From Chloroflexota bacterium (GTDB lineage Bacteria; Chloroflexota; Limnocylindria; Limnocylindrales; CSP1-4), in contig JBIQKJ010000010.1 in NCBI GenBank assembly GCA_044506615.1, positions 68,440 to 132,439 of the forward strand: a stretch of DNA of 64,000 bases, given 5' to 3'. Below are positions 8,794-17,713 of the stretch, in pieces (the stretch's first letter is position 1; every line of letters begins with the position of its first letter). The notes beneath the pieces are model-generated. The model made no database searches. It was not told where the DNA came from and saw only the letters and a list, made by a program, of their open reading frames with translations. The position numbers and the translations under genes were made by a program.

Positions 8794-9689
8794 GGTTCAG
8801 CGCGGCGCGTCGCCTCGACGGCACCGAGCACGAGCACGACGACGGGGACGAGCAGCACCACGGGCGTCGCAAGCAGGGCCGCGAGAACCGGCCGGCGCGC
8901 AATCGCGGGGAGCGCCGTCGACACGTAGTAGAACTGCGTTGCCGGGAAAATCGCTGGCACGATGAACCACTCAGCACCCCTTCGCCTGAGAAGCCAGAGT
9001 GCCGCCGCGACGAAGGGCAACAGGATGGGAAGACGCCATGCGCTCCCATTCCAAGCGGTCTGCAGGTGACTCCCGACACCGAGCCCCTGCTCGAGATAGA
9101 GCTGCCAGGGCACGATGATGAGCGCGACACCCAAGGCCAGACAAGCGATCACGAACCGACGAGGATGGAATGCCAAGGGGAGGAGCGCGTACAGCTTCAG
9201 CCCGGCCGCGATTACCCCGGCAACCGGCGTGCCGAGGACCAGCAGCGCAAGCATGATGGTCTGTGGGTTCGCGTTCCAGATCGCATGTGCGAGCGGCGGG
9301 AACAGGACCCACCACATGGGTAGGGATAGGCGTCGAACAAGCCACACCGCAGCGATCACGCCCACGACCATCCATAGGACGACGGACCCGTCGAGCGGGA
9401 AGAGGCTCGTCGGCGCATAGAACAGCAGGGTGTGCGGTCCCGCTGCGTACGGGATCCCGGACTCCGCCACCGCCCACGGATTTTCGCCATTGAGCCAAGC
9501 GTTCGCGGCTCGCTGGTAGTGCCGAGCGTCGATTCCGAGGACGTCGAGCTTGGCGATCCACAGCAGATCAACAACGACAAACCAGGCGGGCAGCCCGATT
9601 CGGCCTAGCGCTGAGCGGAAGGCACCGGTGCGACCAGCGACTCGACCGGCGATGCGATGAAGGTCAGGTGTGTCAAGGCCGGCGGCCAC
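8790..9689 (-). CDS. DUF2029-like small polytopic membrane protein, paralog family A member 2
   Basis: Motifs IDARHYQRAANAWLNGENPW, LPMWWVLFPPL, GLKLYA, FPATQFYY. GTG start 9689 overlaps the end of the GT2 gene. Confidence 0.65.
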   Translation of the reverse strand: MAAGLDTPDLHRIAGRVAGRTGAFRSALGRIGLPAWFVVVDLLWIAKLDVLGIDARHYQRAANAWLNGENPWAVAESGIPYAAGPHTLLFYAPTSLFPLDGSVVLWMVVGVIAAVWLVRRLSLPMWWVLFPPLAHAIWNANPQTIMLALLVLGTPVAGVIAAGLKLYALLPLAFHPRRFVIACLALGVALIIVPWQLYLEQGLGVGSHLQTAWNGSAWRLPILLPFVAAALWLLRRRGAEWFIVPAIFPATQFYYVSTALPAIARRPVLAALLATPVVLLVPVVVLVLGAVEATRRAEP

Positions 9690-10398
9690 GCCGGAGCCTT
9701 CCCATGAACGCGACCTGGTACCAGTGCAGGTAGTGCGGGAGCCACTTGCGAAGCTTGAAGTTGCTCTGGCCTGCGGTGCGATCGCGCCAAGTCGTCGGCA
9801 CTTCGGCGACGCGCCGCCCTTCGAGCGTTGCCTTGACCGTCAGCTCCAGTGCCAACTCGAAGCCGGCCGTGCTCTCGATCGTGGTCGCGTCGAGGAAGCG
9901 CCGGCTGTAGAGCTTGAAGTTGTTCGTCGGGTCATGGGTCGGGACGCCGGCGAACCAGTGGAGCGTCAGCCCGGCGACGCGGCTCATCAGGCGCTTGAGC
10001 GGAGGACCGCCGATCTGCCGGCCGCCGGGCATGTAGCGCGAGGCCGCCACGACGTCGGCACCCTCCTCAGCGAGCCGCACCATGCTGTCGACGACGTGCG
10101 GCTCGTCCGACCCGTCGGCCATCGAGATCAGCACGTACGACCCCTGTGACGCGGCGATCCCGGCCTTCATCGCGTTGAGCACGCCGCGCCTGAGGTCGTT
10201 GCGAAGCCCGCGGATGGTCGGCAGCTCCGCAGCGAGGCGGTCGATCACGGGCACCGTGGGATCCTCCTCGAAGTCGTAGACGACGAGGATCTCGTGCGAC
10301 GTCGTGATGCCGGCCGTCGTCGCCCGCAGGACGGGCTCGACGGCTTCGCCCTCCTTGAAGACGGGCATCACCACGGACAGCCGAGTTTTCGAAGTCAT
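9673..10398 (-). CDS. GT2 glycosyltransferase, polyprenyl-phosphate mannose/glucose synthase-like (DPM1/Ppm1-like), soluble
   Basis: ATG 10398 (MTSKTRLSVVMPVFKEGEAV). ILVVYDFEEDPT, ISMADGSDEP (DXD-like), TNNFKLY. The upstream part of ORF 9673..10728 is Arg-rich and probably non-coding. Confidence 0.8.
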   Translation of the reverse strand: MTSKTRLSVVMPVFKEGEAVEPVLRATTAGITTSHEILVVYDFEEDPTVPVIDRLAAELPTIRGLRNDLRRGVLNAMKAGIAASQGSYVLISMADGSDEPHVVDSMVRLAEEGADVVAASRYMPGGRQIGGPPLKRLMSRVAGLTLHWFAGVPTHDPTNNFKLYSRRFLDATTIESTAGFELALELTVKATLEGRRVAEVPTTWRDRTAGQSNFKLRKWLPHYLHWYQVAFMGRLRRGRRP

Positions 10399-10421
10399 GT
10401 TCTGTGCTCGATCCCCTTCGG

Positions 10422-10994
10422 TCACGGACGTGGCTGCCCGACGGACGACAGCTCGAATTCTGATTGTGGCCGGCGGAGCGCTGTCCATACGATCCGTTCC
10501 GGGACGCCGTCGATCGTGGTGTCGTACGAACGTTCGGAAATCTGCTGGAACCCAAATCTGCGGTGGAGCTCCAGGACCGGACGGTTCGTGGCCCGGGTCC
10601 TGCCACCGATCTCCTCCAGCCCGAGCACACCGAAGCCGTATTCGATCGCCTCCGCCTCCATGGCGATCCATGCGGGCAGCAGGGCGCCCCTTCGTTCGAG
10701 CCCTTCGATGTCGAGGAAGAACCCCCACTCCGCTGATCGGCGGTCGGCCTCAACGGTGAACATCACGACTCCGTAAGGTGCGCCATCGAACTCGAACACG
10801 AGCACGCGTCGTGCCGGGTCCCTGCTCACCCGCGACCACCAAGCCGCGTGCTCCTCCGGGCTGATGAACGCGGTGTGGATGTACGCCGCGCGGACCCTCG
10901 GATGGTTTCGCCAACGACGGATCTGGTCGAGATCCGCGACGCCAGCATCACGGAGCACTAGGACTTCCTCCCCACGGATCGGGTGTTGCCACAA
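10422..10994 (-). CDS. GNAT family N-acetyltransferase (PseH/WecD-like)
   Basis: LRDAGVADLDQIRRWRNHP ... GVVMF ... acetyl-CoA-fold pattern RGALLPAWIAMEAEAIEYGF. Start is uncertain (TTG 10994 or GTG 10958). Confidence 0.75.
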   Translation of the reverse strand: MWQHPIRGEEVLVLRDAGVADLDQIRRWRNHPRVRAAYIHTAFISPEEHAAWWSRVSRDPARRVLVFEFDGAPYGVVMFTVEADRRSAEWGFFLDIEGLERRGALLPAWIAMEAEAIEYGFGVLGLEEIGGRTRATNRPVLELHRRFGFQQISERSYDTTIDGVPERIVWTALRRPQSEFELSSVGQPRP

Positions 10995-11064
10995 CGCTAC
11001 ACTCAGCCGGCTTGGTTGCCCCTAGCCCCCACGTCCGGACGAGAACTAGGACCTGCGCGACGGA

Positions 11065-11304
11065 ATGACAGATCTCGACAAACTTCGCGAGGCGTTTCGC
11101 GAGGCCCTGTTCCTGGATGAGACCGCGGACGTCGATGCCCTTGAATATCGCGGTATCGAGCAGTGGGACTCGCTCGCGCACCTCACCCTCGTCGCCAAGG
11201 TGGAAGACACATTCGACCTGATGCTGACCACCGACGAGGTCATCGATCTGAGCTCATTCCAGGTCGCTCGGCGCATCCTCGCCAGCCACGGTGTCGATGT
11301 CTGA
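11065..11304 (+). CDS. Acyl/peptidyl carrier protein
   Basis: 79 aa, acidic, with a phosphopantetheine-site-like motif EQWDSLAHLTLV. Confidence 0.75.
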   Translation: MTDLDKLREAFREALFLDETADVDALEYRGIEQWDSLAHLTLVAKVEDTFDLMLTTDEVIDLSSFQVARRILASHGVDV

Positions 11305-12043
11305 GTCATTCGATCGCATCGCCTTCGTCACCGGCTCGTCCCGGGGGATCGGCCAGGCGATTGCCACCGAGCTTGCCGGACGCGGGCATGCGGTGATCGT
11401 CCACGCGCGCGAACCGGGCTCTGCCACGGACGTCGCGATGGAGATCCAGGAGCGCTTCGGAGTTCCCGTGATAGCGGTCCACGGCGACGTCGGTGACCAC
11501 GGGGCGATGCAATCGATCGCCGCCGAGGTGTTCCAGCGCTTTCGCCGCCTCGACGCCCTAGTTGTGAATGCCGGGGTGCACGAGGCATCGCTGCTGGGGA
11601 TGATCGACCCGTCGACGGCAGAGCGGGTGTTCTCGGTGAATGCCCTCGGCGCCCTGTACACCCTGCAGGCGTTCGTCCGATTGCTTCGTCGCGGCCGGAA
11701 TCCTGCTGTGGTGCTCACGTCCTCGATCATGGGCGTCAACGGAGCCGCCGGCCAGACCGTGTACTCAGCCACGAAGGCGGCACTGATCGGTCTTACCCAC
11801 GCGGCCGCGAAAGAGCTCGGCCCGATCGGGTGCCGGGTGAACGCGATCGCCCCGGGGTTCATCGAGACGGACATGACCGCGACCCTCAGCGAGGAGGAGC
11901 GGGAGGTCCGGATCCGTTCGACCCCGCTGGGGCGGTTCGGGCTCCCGAGCGAGGTAGCGGCCGTCGTCGCCTTCCTCCTGTCTGACCAGGCATCGTTCGT
12001 CACCGGCCAGGTGATCGGGGTGGACGGCGGAGTCACGGTGTGA
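11297..12043 (+). CDS. Short-chain dehydrogenase/reductase, 3-oxoacyl-ACP reductase (FabG)-like
   Basis: ATG 11297 overlaps the ACP stop. VTGSSRGIGQAIA, NAG, YSATKAAL (YxxxK), PGFIETDM. Confidence 0.85.
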   Translation: MSESFDRIAFVTGSSRGIGQAIATELAGRGHAVIVHAREPGSATDVAMEIQERFGVPVIAVHGDVGDHGAMQSIAAEVFQRFRRLDALVVNAGVHEASLLGMIDPSTAERVFSVNALGALYTLQAFVRLLRRGRNPAVVLTSSIMGVNGAAGQTVYSATKAALIGLTHAAAKELGPIGCRVNAIAPGFIETDMTATLSEEEREVRIRSTPLGRFGLPSEVAAVVAFLLSDQASFVTGQVIGVDGGVTV

Positions 12044-13443
12044 TCCCGGCTTTCGCAGGGGCTCGGATCGTGGAGGCATCCACCGGCCGGGTGCTGGAGG
12101 CGGGCGAGTTGCGAGACGAGATTCACCGGGCCAGCGCCGACCTCCAGCGGGTTCCGCCCGGGGTCGTCTTCATTCGAGCCGCTCGAGGCTTGCCGGCGAT
12201 CGTCGGCTATCTGGGCGCGCTGGACGCGCGGCGCCCGGTGGCGCTGCTCGATCCTGCCACCGCAGACGACCTGCTCGCGGGCTACGTTGGTCGCTATCTT
12301 CCCTCCGCGATCCACCCGTGGGAAGGGGATGTGCCCGATTGGGCCGTACCACTCGGCTATCGCGCCGCGAGCATCCCGGGTCTCGGGACCGCGCTCGTGT
12401 CGGGGTCCACCGGGCCGGAGACGCACCCGGATCTCGCCGTGCTCCTGCCGACCTCCGGCTCTACCGGGGACCCGCGCTTCGTCCGCCTCTCCCGGGCGGC
12501 GATCGAGGCGAACACAAATGCCATCGTGGAGACCCTGGGGATCACCGAAGCCGACGTGGTTGTAACCGCATTGCCGGTTTTCTACAGCTACGGGATGTCC
12601 GTGCTGAACACCCACCTGGCCGCCGGAGCGACCGTGGTCCTCTCCGACGATGGCCTGGCTAGTCGCACCTTCTGGAGCGTCGTGGACGAGTTTGGCGTCA
12701 CGACGCTGTCGTTGGTGCCGGCCCACTTCCACATCCTCGAGCGCCTGCGCTTCGACCCGAGGAGCCATCGGGCGTTGCGGACGCTCACGCAGGCGGGGGG
12801 TCGGCTGAGAACGGAATCAGTCCTGGACTTCCACGACCGGCTCCGCCCGATCGGGGGCAGGCTCTTCGTGATGTACGGCCAGACGGAAGGCGGGCCACGG
12901 CTCACGACGCTGCCGCCCTCGATGCTTCCCGCGAAGGCCGGCTCCGTCGGCCTGCCGCTTCCAGGCGGGAGCATTGCGATCGCCACGGACAGCGGTACAA
13001 CCACCGAGCCGCGGGTGGCAGGCGAGGTGGTCTACCGCGGGCCTAATGTGATGATGGGCTACGCACTGGATCGCGCCGATCTGGCGCTCGGCGACGAAAT
13101 GGGCGGCGAGCTGCACACCGGGGACGAAGGTGTCCTCGACGGGGACGGGTGCCTCACGATCGTCGGCCGGAGAAACCGCATCGCGAAGGTGTCCGGTGTG
13201 CGCGTGAACCTCGACGACATCGAGCGGCTCTTGACCGGCCCCGAACGAGTCGTCGCCGTGTCCGGCGAGGACAGCATCACCATCTGGTGTGAAGCCGATC
13301 CCGAGGCCCTGCGGAAGCGCGTGGTCGCCCTGGCCCTGGATCTGCGGCTCCATCCGTCGGGCTTCGAAGTCCGGCAGATCCGCGAGGTTCCGATAATGCC
13401 GAACGGCAAGGTCGACTACCGGCGCCTGGGAGCGCTGTCTTGA
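12040..13443 (+). CDS. Adenylate-forming AMP-dependent synthetase/ligase
   Basis: GTG 12040 overlaps the SDR stop. Motifs LLPTSGSTGDPRFV, YGQTEG, HTGDEG, PNGKVDYRRL. Confidence 0.8.
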   Translation: MIPAFAGARIVEASTGRVLEAGELRDEIHRASADLQRVPPGVVFIRAARGLPAIVGYLGALDARRPVALLDPATADDLLAGYVGRYLPSAIHPWEGDVPDWAVPLGYRAASIPGLGTALVSGSTGPETHPDLAVLLPTSGSTGDPRFVRLSRAAIEANTNAIVETLGITEADVVVTALPVFYSYGMSVLNTHLAAGATVVLSDDGLASRTFWSVVDEFGVTTLSLVPAHFHILERLRFDPRSHRALRTLTQAGGRLRTESVLDFHDRLRPIGGRLFVMYGQTEGGPRLTTLPPSMLPAKAGSVGLPLPGGSIAIATDSGTTTEPRVAGEVVYRGPNVMMGYALDRADLALGDEMGGELHTGDEGVLDGDGCLTIVGRRNRIAKVSGVRVNLDDIERLLTGPERVVAVSGEDSITIWCEADPEALRKRVVALALDLRLHPSGFEVRQIREVPIMPNGKVDYRRLGALS

Positions 13444-14504
13444 CTTACCCGTTTGAACGCTCGCAGGCGCAGCGCGAGGAGACGCTGCTTCCCCGTCTCG
13501 TCGCGCTGACGGAGCATCACCGCGAGCGGTGCGAGCCCTACGCGGCCATCCTGCGTGCCATCGGGCATTCGACCTCCACCGACTACCAGAGCGTGGCCGA
13601 ACTCCCATGGCTCCCGGTACGTCTGTTCAAGCTCCTGCAGCTCAGTTCCGTCCGGCCCGAGGATGTGTTTCGGGTGCTGACCTCAAGTGGCACAACCGGC
13701 GAAGCGAGCAGGATCTATGTCGATCGGGCGGCGGCAGCAGCGCAGGCGAAGGCGCTCGCGGACACGATGAAGGCCGTCCTCGGTCCGGACCGCCTTCCGA
13801 TGCTGATCGTAGACGGCCAAGGCCTCTTCAAGAACAGGCACAGCTTCTCGGCACGAGGCGCGGGCGTTCTCGGGATGATGAACTTCGGCCGCGACCACGC
13901 CTGGGTCCTCGATGCAGAGGGCCATCCCCAGCCGAACGAGATCAAGGACTTCCTCGCACGGCACGGGAATTCGCCGTTCCTCGTCTTCGGCTTCACGTTC
14001 ATGGTCTGGCGATTCCTGTACGAGATCGCCCGAGCTGAGTCGCTCGACCTGTCAAACGGGAGCCTCATTCACTCGGGCGGCTGGAAGCGCATGACCGAGA
14101 TCGCCGTCGACAAGGCGGAGTTCCGCGAGCGGTTCCGGCGCGACACGGGCCTGACGCGGATCCACGACTTCTACGGGATGGTCGAGCAGATCGGGGTGGT
14201 ATATCTGGAGGGCGCCGAAGGCGGCTCCTACTACTGCCCGGACTTCGCCGACGTCGTCGTGCGCGACCCGGAGACCTGGGAAGTGGCTCCGATCGGGACA
14301 CCCGGCGTCCTGCAGGTGATCAGCGCGTTGCCGGAGTCGTATCCGGGACACGTTCTGTTGACCGAGGACCTAGGGGTCATCCATGGCATCGATGACGGCA
14401 CCTGGCCCGGCAAGCGCTTCTCGGTGCTCGGCCGGCTGCCGAAGGCCGAGGCGCGAGGCTGCAGCGACACGTCGGACGCTGGGGCGCCGCGTGTGACGAA
14501 CTGA
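13440..14504 (+). CDS. LuxE-like acyl-protein synthetase
   Basis: TTG 13440 overlaps the ligase stop (TTGA). ELPWLPVRLFK ... VLTSSGTTGEASRIYVD ... LIHSGGWKR match the LuxE family pattern as I remember it. Confidence 0.7.
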   Translation: MTYPFERSQAQREETLLPRLVALTEHHRERCEPYAAILRAIGHSTSTDYQSVAELPWLPVRLFKLLQLSSVRPEDVFRVLTSSGTTGEASRIYVDRAAAAAQAKALADTMKAVLGPDRLPMLIVDGQGLFKNRHSFSARGAGVLGMMNFGRDHAWVLDAEGHPQPNEIKDFLARHGNSPFLVFGFTFMVWRFLYEIARAESLDLSNGSLIHSGGWKRMTEIAVDKAEFRERFRRDTGLTRIHDFYGMVEQIGVVYLEGAEGGSYYCPDFADVVVRDPETWEVAPIGTPGVLQVISALPESYPGHVLLTEDLGVIHGIDDGTWPGKRFSVLGRLPKAEARGCSDTSDAGAPRVTN

Positions 14505-14505
14505 C

Positions 14506-15735
14506 TTGAGCATCGACGTCCTCCTCCCGACGCGACGGCAGGTCAGCCTCGAGGAGCTGACTGCGGAGATCGCCCGGCGGGCGAACGACGACCACCTCGC
14601 CGTCGGGGATGGGCGCGCACGCACCGTCCTCGAGGAGGTGTCGTCCAGGCTGCTCGGGTCACGAGCCATCCGCCGGTTCCCGGAGCTCGGCGCGCTCGGG
14701 TTCTTCCTTCGTCGCAGCGAGCTCAGCCGGATCGTGGAGCGCTCCTCCCCGGCGGGCGAACTCGTCCTCGTACCGAGGGGACTGGTTGTTCACTTTCCAC
14801 CGGCGAACGTGGACACGATCTTCGCGTACTCGTGGTCGCTGTCGTTGCTCGCCGGCAACCGAAACGTCGTTCGGCTGTCGTCCCGGGCCGGTCCAGCCGC
14901 CACCGCACTCGTCGAACTGCTTGCGGATGTCCTCGCTCAGGCAGACCCGGCCGTGCGCGACTCGCAGCGTGTCGTGACATACGCGCACGATGACGCCATC
15001 ACGGCCGGACTGATTGCGATCGCCGACGTTCGCGTTGCCTGGGGAGGCGACCGGGCGGTGAATGCTCTGCGGTCGGCGCCGCTCACGCCTCTTGCTCGAG
15101 ACGTGGCCTTCCCCGACCGATCGTCGTTCGCCGCGATCAATGTCGCCGCCCTCGCGGGAGCGGACAATGCTCGCAGAGAGGCGCTCGCGGAGCAGCTCGC
15201 AACAGACGTGTTCTGGTTCGACCAAGCGGCGTGTTCCTCCCCGCGCGTCGTCTTCTGGGTTGGCGATCTCGTCCAGGCACTGGGCCTGCGGGCATCCCTC
15301 ATGGCTCAGGTCGCCACGGCCGCGAAGCGACGCGGGTTCACGCTCGAGCCGGCCATGGCGGTCGAGCAGCGGGTTCAAGCCCTACGCCTCGCCGGCGACG
15401 GTGTCGCCACAAAGGTCGAGTTCGTCGGCAACATGCTCGCTTCGTTCGAGCTCGAGCCCGATGCGCCGTTGCCGCGCGGTTGGCTGGGCAGCGGCGTGCT
15501 CGCCCACGTGGACATCGCCACGCTGGCTGAGGTCGAGCGATACTTGACTCGCCGCGACCAGACCCTGACCCACTTCGGGTTCACGCCCGAAGAGCTGCGG
15601 GTTCTGCTCGACCACGCTGGCGATCGAGCGCCGGACCGGATGGTGCCGATCGGCCACGCGCTGTCGTTCGAAGCGATCTGGGACGGGCACGATTTGCTCC
15701 GCGAATTCACTCGAACGGTCGTGTTCAGGCCATGA
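14506..15735 (+). CDS. LuxC-like acyl-CoA/acyl-carrier reductase
   Basis: TTG 14506, 2 nt after the LuxE stop. VVHFPPANVDTIFAYSW ... WFDQAACSSPRVVFWVG (catalytic-Cys context). Position after LuxE fits. Confidence 0.65.
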   Translation: MSIDVLLPTRRQVSLEELTAEIARRANDDHLAVGDGRARTVLEEVSSRLLGSRAIRRFPELGALGFFLRRSELSRIVERSSPAGELVLVPRGLVVHFPPANVDTIFAYSWSLSLLAGNRNVVRLSSRAGPAATALVELLADVLAQADPAVRDSQRVVTYAHDDAITAGLIAIADVRVAWGGDRAVNALRSAPLTPLARDVAFPDRSSFAAINVAALAGADNARREALAEQLATDVFWFDQAACSSPRVVFWVGDLVQALGLRASLMAQVATAAKRRGFTLEPAMAVEQRVQALRLAGDGVATKVEFVGNMLASFELEPDAPLPRGWLGSGVLAHVDIATLAEVERYLTRRDQTLTHFGFTPEELRVLLDHAGDRAPDRMVPIGHALSFEAIWDGHDLLREFTRTVVFRP

Positions 15736-15758
15736 TCCGTAGCGTCGTGCGCCAGTAG

Positions 15759-17711
15759 ATGGCCGAACGCCTCGTCGCGGACGGAGCAGCATTCCTCGCC
15801 GATCCAACGACTTGGATCAGCCTTGCTGCGGCTCTGACGATGATGATCGGGTCGTTGGGGGTTGGCATCGTCGCCGGGCGACGGATCGGACTATTCAACC
15901 GCGAGAGTCCCGTTTTGACCGTGTTCGGCCTCGGTCTAGGTCTGGGACTCCTGGTCATCACGCTCGCCTACGCGACCCTCCGATCACTCGGTGGCTCGAC
16001 GTACCTCCCGAGCGCCGTCCTTCTCGCAGCGACGCTGGTCCTCGGGCGCAGCCCGCTGATGCCCGGCGCGCCTCGTCGAGGCCTCGTGGCGCTCACGGTG
16101 GTTGCGTCCGGGTGCCTCTTCGTCGGTGCCGCGGCCTACGGGATGACGCTGGCACCCAGCCCACGGGATGGCCTCCAGCCGATCGAGTTCATGGATCCCG
16201 CCTTCTATGCGGTGCTCGGCTGGACCCTGGTCGACACGGGTGTCGAGTCGACGGTTGCGCACACGGGGATGAGCCAACTCGCGGGACAAGCGTCGCAGGC
16301 GTCGTACCACTGGGGGGAGATCTGGCTCGCAGCACTGGCGCTCAACTTCCCGGGCGTCACGCCGATGTCCGCGCGTCACGTCGTTGCGTTGCCGCTCGTC
16401 ATCCTCGCCACGACCGCATTGGTCGCCGGTCTCGCGGCCCAGGGGGTGCGCCGTGCCGAACGACGAGAGGCGGCTGTTCTTGCGGCAGTCGGCATGGCCG
16501 GCGTTGCCCCGATCCCGTTCTGGCTCGACCTGCACTTCGACTGGTGGGCGCGGCCGATCGGCTTCTCCGCGACGCTCTACGGTCTCGCGTACGTGGTGGC
16601 CGGGCTCGGCCTCATGCTGGCGCTGCGTGGTCGACACACGTGGACCCTCGCCACGTCCATGCTCGCAAGCGCGCTCACCGCGGCCTTGGTGGCATCACAC
16701 GTACTCGTCGCGGCGGTTGCTGCCGTCGGTGTCGCGGTGGGCTGGCTGGCATGGCTCGTGGTCACCAACGCCCCGCCAGGGCCCGCCCTTCGATCAGTGC
16801 GCATGCCCGTGGTCGCGTGCCTCGTGGGCGGGGTAGCAACCGTTGCCTGGGGCTTCCTCACAGGGCACGGGCTCGGGGCAGAGTCGCCCGTCCCCGGCGT
16901 TGCTCCGTTCGATTGGGCCTGGCGGCGGGCAATGCTCCTGACAACCGTCGGCGGGGGCGTGCTGATCGTGGGAGTCGTCCTGGCCGTGCGAGAGCGCAGG
17001 TCGAACCCGCGCCTCGCCGCCATTGCCATCGGTTCCACAGCCGCGGTCGGTTTGGGCGCGTTGTTATGGGGCTGGCGCCTCGCCGAGTTCAACATGTTCC
17101 ACATCTACTACGGAGCGATCGCCGTCCTGCTCACTCCCGTGGCCGTCCTCGCCACTGCCGTCACCCTCGTCCACGCCAGGCGGGATGGCTCCGGACGAGT
17201 CAGGGCCGTCCTGGCCACGTTGGTGTTTGCCCAGATTTCGATCGGCCTCGGCGCGACCGTCCAACGGCTCTATGAGTTCGGCCCTGGCCACTACGACCCG
17301 GTTCCAGTTGCGGTTCTCGATGAGATCAAATCCCTGCCCGAAGGGGCTCGCCTGGCGTACTCCTGCGACGAGATCGAGGAGGTCGCCCCGTGGGATGCTC
17401 GATTGATCAGCCTGACCGCCCACACGGGGCGGCCGGTAGTCGCGATGTGCTTCCAGGTAGATGTCTTCGGGGCCCAGTTGGGGGTTCTGCCGCCCGACCT
17501 CACGCGGATGAACCCCTTCTTCGCGTCCGCGCCGCAGCGTGACCTCTACCCTCGATCGGGCGCCAAGCCCACGACGGCGGAGATTCTGGCGTTCCTCGAG
17601 CGGTACGACATCGACTTCATCTACGAGGACGCCGACCATCCGAACCGGCTGCTACCCGACGCTCGACCTCGCTTCTCGATTGGTGCAGTGACGATCTATG
17701 AGGTGCCCTGA
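15759..17711 (+). CDS. Large polytopic membrane protein (about 14 TM) with C-terminal soluble domain; polymerase/GT-C-like, unclassified
   Basis: ORF 15759..17711 is continuous hydrophobic helices followed by a ~150-aa hydrophilic tail. Last gene of the ACP-LuxCE operon. Confidence 0.6.
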   Translation: MAERLVADGAAFLADPTTWISLAAALTMMIGSLGVGIVAGRRIGLFNRESPVLTVFGLGLGLGLLVITLAYATLRSLGGSTYLPSAVLLAATLVLGRSPLMPGAPRRGLVALTVVASGCLFVGAAAYGMTLAPSPRDGLQPIEFMDPAFYAVLGWTLVDTGVESTVAHTGMSQLAGQASQASYHWGEIWLAALALNFPGVTPMSARHVVALPLVILATTALVAGLAAQGVRRAERREAAVLAAVGMAGVAPIPFWLDLHFDWWARPIGFSATLYGLAYVVAGLGLMLALRGRHTWTLATSMLASALTAALVASHVLVAAVAAVGVAVGWLAWLVVTNAPPGPALRSVRMPVVACLVGGVATVAWGFLTGHGLGAESPVPGVAPFDWAWRRAMLLTTVGGGVLIVGVVLAVRERRSNPRLAAIAIGSTAAVGLGALLWGWRLAEFNMFHIYYGAIAVLLTPVAVLATAVTLVHARRDGSGRVRAVLATLVFAQISIGLGATVQRLYEFGPGHYDPVPVAVLDEIKSLPEGARLAYSCDEIEEVAPWDARLISLTAHTGRPVVAMCFQVDVFGAQLGVLPPDLTRMNPFFASAPQRDLYPRSGAKPTTAEILAFLERYDIDFIYEDADHPNRLLPDARPRFSIGAVTIYEVP

Positions 17712-17713
17712 CC

